From positions 109,306,001 to 109,370,000 of the forward strand of contig OX597821.1 in assembly GCA_951406725.2 (NCBI GenBank): a stretch of 64,000 bases of DNA. Reading direction: 5' to 3'. Position 1 is the first letter of the stretch; each line of letters opens with the position of its first letter. The position numbers and the translations under genes are program-made. The notes beneath the pieces are model-generated. The model did no database searches, was not told the DNA's origin, and saw nothing but the letters and a program-made list of their open reading frames with translations. This DNA is from Octopus vulgaris. Lineage: Eukaryota. Positions 53,570 to 64,000 of the stretch are shown one piece after another.

Positions 53570-54447
53570 GTGCATATCTATACATAAAAGTACCCAATTT
53601 GCATACAAGCAACTTTGTATGTACGATATCTATATACATATATAGATCTATGTATACACACACACACACACACAAAACAGGCACACACACACACGATAAA
53701 CACATTAAACTAGGAGCTCTACATATACACACGCACAGACACACACACACACACTTAAAACAATAAAAAACGAGCGAGGGAGAGAAAGAGAAGAGAATAA
53801 AAACTAAGAGAGAAAAAAAAAGAAGAAAAAATCAACAAAACTATATATATATAAATAACAAAAACAAGTGTACACCTGTTTAGAACGTGCGACTGCGATA
53901 GACGATCCCACGCTAGCTAACGGCGCCAGTCAGTCTGTGGCTGCTGACTAGATCGGCGTGTCCAGGGTTGTTACTTACTACTACTACTGTATGGGGTGGA
54001 GGTGGAGGTGGTCGCGGGTGGAGGGGACGGTGGTGGTGGTAAGTCGGGTTGGGTGGGGGAGGAAGTAGGAAAGGGTGGTTGGCAGGGACGGGGGTGGGGT
54101 GGCGGGGTAGTGTGCGTGTGTGTCGATGTGTGTGTGTGTGTGTGTGTGTGCGCGAGATGATGATGGGTTCGGGTGACGAGGGTGTGTGTGTGTGTGTGTG
54201 TGTGTGTGAGATGAGAAAAGAGAGAGAGAGAGAGAGAGATGGTTGTTGTTAGGGAGGAGAGTTAGAAGGGGGGGGTTGCTGTGTGGAAGGGTGTTGATAT
54301 ATTAGAGAGACGGCGGCGGTGGTGGTGGCGATGATGGTGGTGGATGTCTTTAGTCGGGTGGGGAGCGTTTGTTGCATGTGTGTGAGTATGTAGCGAGAAC
54401 GGTGGGGTGTAACAGATGTGCTTGTGTGTTTATCGATGCTGGTGCGA

Positions 54448-54478
<31 letters not shown>

Positions 54479-54596
54479 ATATTTCAATGTGTGTGTTTGT
54501 GTAAGAGTAGTTTGATGATGCGGCGGCGGCGACGGGTGGTGGGTGCTTGTGTAAAGGGTCAGGTACTGGAGTTTGGATGGAGGTTAAGGGTGTGTC

Positions 54597-54627
<31 letters not shown>

Positions 54628-55834
54628 AAAGATTTGGTTTGGGGTGGTACTCGAGAGAGTTTGTGATAAATTGAGATGACGGATGGTCCAGGTTGGATGG
54701 GGTGGGTGTGTGGTGTGGTGCGATGGCTGATGGGGTGGTGCAGCGTGCGGGTGTGAGTGCGATGTCTGACGGGCGGTGCAACTCAGGGGTGGGGCGGGAA
54801 TTGTTACGGCTGTTGTTGGTAGGGGTGGGTGGGAGAGAGGTCGGATGAAGAGAAGAAACTCTACGGGTGGAAATGAGGGTACATAAGTGTTTGTGTATGT
54901 ATGTATGTATGAAAGTTTATGTGGACGTATAGAGATTTCGGGTACGGCAAAGAGCAAGAGAGATTAAGTGCAGGCTGATAGTGGCGGCGGTGTGTTTGAT
55001 AGCAGGGTGGAAGGTCGGTAAAGAAGGGTATGCTATTCTAGATGATAGTAGGGGTGAGGGCAATGGTGGAGGATTTATTTGGGTGGGGGAGAGATTCGTC
55101 TGATGAATGGTGGGGTGTCTGTCGGGTATTGAGGTGTGTGGCCGGGTGGAAACGTTTTGCAATGGTGGTGGTTTTAAAAGTAGAATGGACTGCAATGGTG
55201 GTGGTTTTAAAAGTAGAATGGACTCTATGTGGAGAGAGTGCGGTTAGCGTTGTTGGGTATGGTGCAGTGGATGTGGTGGCGGTGGTGTGTCATACAATTT
55301 TTATTGAGTGTTGCTTTTGTAAATAGAAATGTGTTCGATTTTGCGAGGTGGCGAGGGAGAAAACCTATGAAGGCCGTATGGGGGCGTGATGCATAGGTTT
55401 CCAGATTTAGGATGTGTGGCGTAAGGACGGACTGTACGAGAGATAATAGAGTGAAAGGAATGATGCAAAATATGAGGAGGATACAGGAACCGTAGGATCG
55501 AGTAGAGACAGAGGTAGAAATAAGAAATGTCGGGCGTCGGTGGAGTAATTGATAAAGCACAAACATAATGAACTGGGTACTAAGATTACACACACACACA
55601 CACAGAGAATACATGCAAACCAGTACATGCACATTCAGCCTATGTACATATTTATCTAATAAACCCATACGATATGTATATGCACATACAATATGTATAT
55701 GTACAGTATACAAATATTTATATAAATGTATAGATATAAAACTTTGTTGCACCAATATTATTTCATAAATAATGTGCCGCACACAATACAAATCTATATA
55801 TATATATATATATATATATAAATATATATATATT

Positions 55835-55970
55835 TCTTTATTACCCACAAGAGGCTGAACATAGAGGGGACAAACAAGGACAGACAAACGGATTAAGTCG
55901 ATTACATCGATCCCAGTGCGTAAATGGTACTTAATTTATCGACCCCGAAAGGATGAAAGGCAAAGTCGAA
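55835..55970 (-). mobile_element. SINE family B, 3' half
   Basis: TTTCTTTATTACCCACAAG...CGACCCCGAAAGGATGAAAGGCAAAGTCGA. Confidence 0.85.
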
Positions 55971-56012
55971 CCCACATGTGATATATTATATAATCTGTCT
56001 GTGTGTGTGTAT

Positions 56013-56063
<51 letters not shown>

Positions 56064-56200
56064 CATATTTTGAAATTATAGCATAAGGATTTATTGTCCC
56101 AAAAATTCCAAGATATACATTTTTAAAATTATGAAAAACATGACGCATATAGTATATATTATACACGTGTAATATATATTTAGACACTTGTAAAATATAC

Positions 56201-56618
56201 ATAAAGTATATATATACCCACACACACATATACTATATAATATATATATATAGATAGATAGATACACATAATATATATGTATAATATAAATATATATACA
56301 TACACATGTAATTTAATGTATGTAATATATGTAAATATATATATTGTACATGTATTATGCATATACCTATATGCATGAAATATATATACACATGCAATTT
56401 ATATATATATATATATATACATATAAAGTATATATATACGCACACACACATATACTATATAATATATATATATAGATAGATAGATACACATAATATATAT
56501 GTATAATATAAATATATATACATACACATGTAATTTAATGTATGTAATATATGTAAATATATATATTGTACATGTATTATGCATATACCTATATGCATGA
56601 AATATATATACACATGCA

Positions 56619-56644
<26 letters not shown>
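56201..56644. repeat. 222-bp tandem duplication of AT-rich sequence
   Basis: ORFs ending at 56362 and 56584 give near-identical peptides, offset 222 bp. Confidence 0.9.
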
Positions 56645-56661
<17 letters not shown>

Positions 56662-57096
56662 TACATACATGTAATATACATATATATATATGCATATATA
56701 CATTTAATATATATATACATATTACACACACATACATGAAATATATATACACATATACACACACATGTAATATATATATATACATATATATATATATACA
56801 AATACATAAATATATATATACATAAATGTAATATATATATATTTACATATATATACATATACACACATGTAATATTTAAATACATACATACATACACGTT
56901 AATATGTACGTATACATGTATATATATACATACACACATGTAATAAATATATATATTTACATATACACACATGTAATATATATACATACGTGTAATATGG
57001 ATATATATATATATATATATGTGTAAATGAGTGTGTATGTGTGTATGCACATAATATTACTATATATATATTGTTAACTGCTTTACATGTAATGTG

Positions 57097-57140
<44 letters not shown>

Positions 57141-57325
57141 AATTAATAGTTATCGCCATATATATTTATATGTATATATATTTATATATATATATATAGA
57201 TATATATGTGCATATATATATATATACGTATATACATATATATATATATATACGTATATCATAAGTATATATACATATATATATATATATGTGCATATGT
57301 GTATATATGTATATACATATATACG

Positions 57326-57419
<94 letters not shown>

Positions 57420-57506
57420 TGGCATTTTCTGAACGTAATAAAATACTTACCAAAATATAATTATTTTTTCTCTTAACATTACTTAAGACTCCTGGTAATG
57501 TCTTAC

Positions 57507-57556
57507 TTTGATACTGGTCGCTCTACAACTGTGTCTGTTATCATCTCCACAAAATC
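57507..57556 (-). other. Candidate 50-nt internal exon
   Basis: Acceptor TTATTTTTCTGTATCTTTCAG and donor AAA|GTAAGA. Two frames are open (DFVEMITDTVVERPVS; FCGDDNRHSCRATSIK); I recognise neither. Confidence 0.55.
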
Positions 57557-58540
57557 CTGAAAGATACAGAAAAATAATTATAGTCACTTCAAATGACAAT
57601 TCCATGTAATGTACAAAAAACTTTCTTTACTGTGGGTTGTGGGGCGAGAGAGAGACGTGGTTCTCAACAGTTTTGTAAGGGTTCTGTAGATTCCTGTTTC
57701 ACCAGGATGGGCCTTGTTTTTTAATAATGCATTGAAAACTGCTTAAAATATCCTATATTTTTACGATTGAATATTGAAAATTGTTAAAGTATATTGTGTA
57801 CTCGTGTAAACAATTTAATGCACATAAAATCTTATATGGACCCCTGGTATAGATCGACAAACATAACAGTTGGTCACGGGATCCAGTATATCCGAAATTT
57901 CCCGGGCGTTTAATATAGAAATCTTAAAGTTGAGTTAAAACTCCCAAACTAATTTTGGTTATTCGTTATATATAATATATATAATTATATGCTGTGTTTT
58001 GAAATATACACACACGTTCATAAAGATGCTTGCTTGCCCTCAAAAATTCGGCTTTATATTGTATCCTAAATAACACTAGGTTATTTAATAAACTATTGCA
58101 TTTTTTATTACCCAAACAGATGAAGGTCGGAGGTCCTTGCTGTTGATGGAGCACTGACAAAAATATGGAAAATAAAAAATTGCACCAGGAATTCTGACAG
58201 TTTACATATCGGAACTTGTTAAAATTTCGAAGGTGTTGCGAACTTTTAGATTTTTCTTTAAACTGTTCTGCTTGCTAAATCTTTTTTCTTTCTTGAAATT
58301 AAAAGAATATTAACATGTTTAAAAACCTCAAAAGCAAAAAAAAAAAAAACATCCGAAAACTTTTAAATACGTAATTTAAAATTGTATTTCCTTTTTGCAA
58401 ATTAATAAAAGCTGATAAAAAAAAACTTAAAGACATCCTACTGAAAATTTAAAATGTGCTTCAAGTGATCAAGATCCAATATATATCTATATATCTTCTA
58501 CATACACACAAAGTGTATACTGTACGCATGTATGTATGTG

Positions 58541-58606
<66 letters not shown>

Positions 58607-58799
58607 CACGTGTGTGTGTGTGTTATGTGTTCAAGGCCTTTTGTAGCATAAATAACTGCAAGTCATTATTAAGATCGTTACGTATTTTTTAGTTCCCTTT
58701 TCAAATTATTTTAATTTATATTTTGCTGCGTAATCGACAAAAGGCATTTTCCCTGAAGTATGTGTATTCAGAGATCCGGGATACCTAAGCGATATGGTT

Positions 58800-59082
58800 T
58801 GATAGGACCAGGACAGCTACCCGAGGTCCACCTCGTCTTGTTTTTAGCCTATTTTCTACTTGATGCTCTTCCTAACGCGAACCACTTAGCGTGTTCTCGG
58901 GGCTTTTAGCGTGGCACGGGTACTCTTGCGTAATGATTACCTGCACAGAAGAGCCCATAAAAACAAGGGCCTCCCACCCGAGACAAAAACGTAGAGAGGA
59001 CATGGCGGCCACGATTTTGTTTGGCTTGTCCACCTGAAGCCTCGATCCCTTCCTTGTCACCTCGTCTGCGAGGCCCCAACCA
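58800..59082 (-). mobile_element. Diverged retroposon related to family D
   Basis: GATGCTCTTCCTAACGCGAACCAC is close to the reverse complement of the family D motif GTTGGCGTTAGGAAG.GCATC. Confidence 0.45.
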
Positions 59083-59121
<39 letters not shown>

Positions 59122-59272
59122 CATAGCAGTGTGTGTGGTGTGTGAATATGAGCGTATTTATTAATCTACCATTTCACTATATTCGGCTTCATGTATTGAT
59201 TGTATAGTGATGTCTTCCTCGGACCCATAATCAGATTCATACCGATAGAACGGGTTTCATCACGTTTTTGAC

Positions 59273-59516
59273 ATTATATGTATATATTATGTATATATAT
59301 ATGTATATATTATGTGTGTGTATATATATGTATATATTATATGTGTGTATATATATGTATATATTATGTGTGTATATATATGTATATATATATATGTGTG
59401 TATGTATATGTATATATATATGTGTGTGTGTATGTATATGTATATATATATATGTGTGTATGTATATATATATATATGTGTGTATGTATATATATATATA
59501 TGTGTGTGTGTGTATG

Positions 59517-59595
<79 letters not shown>

Positions 59596-59660
59596 ATGTA
59601 TATATATATATATATATATAGATATATATATATATATACATTTATGTATATATACACACG
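59273..59660. repeat. (TA/TG)n microsatellite
   Basis: Seen directly. Confidence 0.9.
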
Positions 59661-61849
59661 GACGGACGGATAGATAGATATAGAAGTGTCATACACGCAC
59701 TCACATATTGACGTGTTTAAGCATTTCAGCTTAATTGCGTATAACCTATGTGTATTTCATTATATCTATACACAATATATGCAATATATTACACATACAA
59801 GTTTGTACTGTCTGTGTGCTATAGCGTTGAATCGATACAGTATTAATTTGGATTTACCATCAAGTCTTAATGGTTTTCTCTCATTTTGATGCGAGGAGAA
59901 AGAGAAAGAGGAGAAACGGTAGTAAGAGAACCTATATCACACTATATCGATTGTAAATATGGCTCTTCATTTTGCTGTTACGGGTTTCGTTGCTATAATT
60001 TGTTCCAATTTATTTTATGTTGTAGTATGGTAGTAGCCAATACACAAGGCCGTTCATGTTGTCATATATATGTGTTATAAATGGTAAATAATAATTGTTA
60101 TCCACACAGCAAATAAAACGGTGAAAGGCAGTAAATCTTTTTTTGAGCTTGTTGGTCGCCATTTTGTTTTGTTAATAATAATCAACAATAATTTTTTTCA
60201 GACGAACAAGGCCAGACGATTTAGAGTTTAAGGGACGTTGACCTCGGTAGTTTTGTCATTAGAAAATAGTATATTTATCAATAGATTGATTAAAAGACGG
60301 TGGCCTGCTTTAGGTAGCAGGTGTATTTGGGATTACATTGTGCATAACAAGTGAATTGTGAAATTGGGAAAATGCAAGATGGATCAGGTTTTGATCTGAA
60401 GTCATGACAACTATTTTATATCAAGGATAACAAAAATGATCGTGGTCGCTTCGTTCAAGATCAGGGTCAGGGTCAGTTATCTTGAGGGCACGTCATTAGT
60501 CGATACCATTGACTGCAATATATGATTAGTATTGATTTATCGACCCCCGAAAGAGGGTGAAAACTGCTAATTAGGCCTCAGAGTCTGAACTCAAAATGTA
60601 TCTATAGGAATTATCTTAATACTGCTACCAAGTCTCGAAACTCGACTGATTCGGGATTCAATGTGTGCTACTCCATGGCTATTTATCGATCTAAAATATG
60701 TGTGCCAAATGGAAGCCTTGGCAAGGAGTTCAAATTCCCCCTCACATCAAGCTTTATTTTTCAGCTAAAGAATGAAGTTTTCTGTATGGTCACACGAGCT
60801 GTATAATATATAACAAATACACTTCCCCTGAAATCATGTAATATACAAAAGTAAAAAAAAAAATAAAAAGGTAACGTTAGAAAACGCGATGTAGTTACAT
60901 CGATATAGAATCAAGAGAGTGACGCCTGCTCTTGGTCAAACCTGACCCAGGAGATTTTAAGTAACGATTCAATACTATGTTTCTTTTTATCTACGTTTAA
61001 ATAAAGTTTTACTAGGCTGACCCCGGAGGGTAAAATAACGATAGAATATTTTTTTATTTCTTTTATTTTCGTTTAAATAAAATATCACCAGGCTGGCCTA
61101 GGAGGGTTAGGGTTAAATAAACTGTATGCTATTTCTTTTGAAAAAATTTTGCAGATTAAAAATCAAAAAAATTGAAAATACATTCTTTCGTAATACATGT
61201 TCTTATTGAAATAGGTCGTGCCTTTCGACTTTCCTTTTTAGCCTATCAGATTCTTCCGTTAGTGGGAAGAAAATATCTTCGTCTTTCTTAAGCAGCATAG
61301 CTTGACTCCTCCCATCAGCATTAACCAACTATACGGTGAAAAATTGGCCATGGCAGCAACTATCAACCACCAGAGAACCGTTTTATAGAGGCAGAGGTGG
61401 TAGACGTAGTGGTTGCTAGCAGAAGTGCCCAGCAACATTAAAGGCTTCTGTTGATATTCATTTAAACGGAGATGATGATTATTTTATATTAAAAACACAT
61501 AACAACAATATTATTTATTAAACATGTTAATTTGTACACAGATTTCCTTATAAATAAACATATAACATTTACATGTTAAGTGTAAACACATGAACAGATT
61601 GCAACATAAACTATATATTATATATATATACCTTATACATTACAATATAAGATTGTAATATATGTAGCAAATCTATATACACCGATCCCCTTATATTGTA
61701 TAAATGTGCTATATACGTATATACATTACATACAGAATTATAATATGGATTGTACATATGAAACTATCTATAGATTTCCTTGTACATATTGTATAAATAT
61801 ACATACATGTTACATACACACATGTAGATATGTAGATGCTGTATACAGG

Positions 61850-61885
<36 letters not shown>

Positions 61886-62082
61886 TATTACATACAAATG
61901 TATGCATTCATATACTCATCATATATAGGGGAAAATTATATAATTATATAAATTCATACATATTAAGTATACAATTATATTTACACGTATGCACATTACG
62001 CCTAAATTTACATATGTACATTTAATAACACATGTAATGAGGGTGAGTTATACTTTTGTGTGTCATGCACATATATAAGTCA

Positions 62083-62115
<33 letters not shown>

Positions 62116-62353
62116 CTCTATATATACAATGTGTGTATAAATCTGTATATCCATATACAAATACGTTTAGAAGTTAATACATAAAACACACATACACATG
62201 CATGTAATACATATATGTATTACATGTGTAAAGTATAATGTATACAGCCAATCAGTGTGTGTGAGTATATATATATTATATATAGATATATATATATATA
62301 TATACACTCACACACACAGATTGAGTGTATACATTACATATGTATATATATCC

Positions 62354-62387
<34 letters not shown>

Positions 62388-62647
62388 TCTCACACACAGA
62401 TTCGGTGTATACATTACATATGTATATATATATATATATATCCATGTATATATATATATATATACACATACATGTATATCTATATATGTAGATATATATA
62501 CACACATACATGTATATCTATATATGTAGATATATATGTATGTATGTATATATATATGTGTGTATATATATGCATATGAGTGATATATATGTGTGTGTAT
62601 ACGAGTGTGTATATATATATATATATACACAAATATGTACACACTCG

Positions 62648-62703
<56 letters not shown>

Positions 62704-63030
62704 CTCAAACTATCTAGCTAGCTATGATAAATAATGGAACACTACTTCAGAAGCCACCTCTTTCTTCGATTCGAGCTTAGGGATCTGCACTTTTCCGCAA
62801 GCAAGCTTTAAGGACGACGAGGTACCGTACCAAGTCCCAAAAGCATCGGACTAGGATATGACAATTCATTTCAACAAGGATTATGACAACGCACAAAAAA
62901 AAAAAAATCAAAGACGACACAACACATGTGATTTTGTCCGACACTCCACAGCTTCTGCCCAACTCACCAGCTGTATGTGTACATGCCTAATTCATTATAT
63001 ATATATATGTTGTAATATATAATTTTGCAG

Positions 63031-63108
63031 ATGCCCGTGTCAATGTCAATGGTTCTTTTCAAGAAAAATCCTCTTCATCTTCCACCCTCACCACAACTCA
63101 TCGTTTTG
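63031..63108 (+). other. Weak candidate 78-nt exon
   Basis: AATTTTGCAG|ATGCCC...TTTTG|GTATTT; length is a multiple of 3 with open frames, but the pyrimidine tract is short. Confidence 0.2.
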
Positions 63109-63241
63109 GTATTTATTGCTTATTTATTTATTTTTTTTTTAGAACAATGGCTACTCTGACTTACATATTTAACCGAGAGAATAAGAGAGGCATTGTTTTC
63201 AATGAATCTAGTTGGGTTTAATAAGTACTCCGAAGTGTATG

Positions 63242-63279
<38 letters not shown>

Positions 63280-64000
63280 TACAATAGAACTTTTTGTAAT
63301 GAGTGAGCTGCGTGCATAAAAGTTGGTTTGTGTTTCGTGGTTTCTCAGAATATGGAAATGTGTGTATGTGTGTGTACATTGGTAATGTGTGTGTAAGGTG
63401 GGAGCGCTGTGTTGATTTACTCATTAATACTACAGCTAACAGTCGATTAAAATGGCCAGTACATTTTGGAAAGCGGATGTCACACAATGGCATTAAGGTC
63501 TGCTTGCGGGTGTGTGTCTGGGTGTGAAGTTGTGAAACCAACGGTGTTGTAAGATATGTCGACATGCGTGTAAACCTAATAAATCTTACTCCAAGAGGCC
63601 TCATTTGTGTGTATGTGTATACATATCTGACTTAGGTGGGTAGAGATATGTATACAAATCCATGAAGATAGATAGAACATGCACAGACGGTTATGTACAA
63701 ACACGCACACACACATGTTTAACCTTCGTCTCCGTTTTTGAGCCGTCAGCTGTATGATATGTCGCTGACCAATGTGACGCGTACAAAAACGTTGAATCAC
63801 TGATCCCAACTTCAAATAATCTTTTCACTTTAACCCATGACCTCTCCAGCCTTAGAGTACAGAGTACAAATATTTTATTTAAAGTGATGGTGGGTTTCAC
63901 ACACACAGCACAAAAATATACGTAACAGTTTTTAAAGTCAAAATATATAGGTCTACTTTGCATGTATTTTACTGTTTTTGTATCCTAACAGATGGATGAG

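Noticed and set aside
53900-53970. TGACTAGATC (miR-279-like 5' end) and two GATC motifs reminiscent of 7SK
   Set aside because: The match stops after 10 nt, there is no pre-miRNA-quality hairpin, and no 7SK-like stem or Pol III terminator.
61103-61115. AGGGTTAGGGTTA as a telomerase RNA template or interstitial telomere
   Set aside because: Only two repeats, within a locally duplicated segment, with no pseudoknot or H/ACA domain visible.

Overview
Eukaryotic, AT-rich, repeat-dominated DNA, probably from an octopus or related cephalopod. That assignment is inferred from the SINE families and the very high density of (TA)n/(CA)n/(TACA)n microsatellites. I found no convincing intact host protein-coding gene; nearly all listed ORFs are microsatellite read-through or decayed transposon fragments. 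Recognisable elements are two maT (DD37D) copies, a deleted mariner, a Chapaev3/CMC-like transposase relic, RTE, CR1, R4/Dong-like and L1/Tx1-like LINE fragments, hAT MITEs and about 25 SINE copies in at least four families. Three things stand out. (1) Several Penelope-type minimal hammerhead ribozyme motifs with palindromic stem III, two of them inside long inverted repeats (best copy 33366-33445). (2) A largely TE-free island at about 43.5-47.3 kb with tiled long hairpins, six same-strand TAAATCA motifs (three spaced exactly 29 bp apart) and a good minus-strand poly(A) site. (3) Splice signals suggesting a minus-strand spliced, probably non-coding or UTR-rich, transcript (57556 -> 47298 -> about 43535). 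All base pairings were found by eye and have not been checked by folding software.
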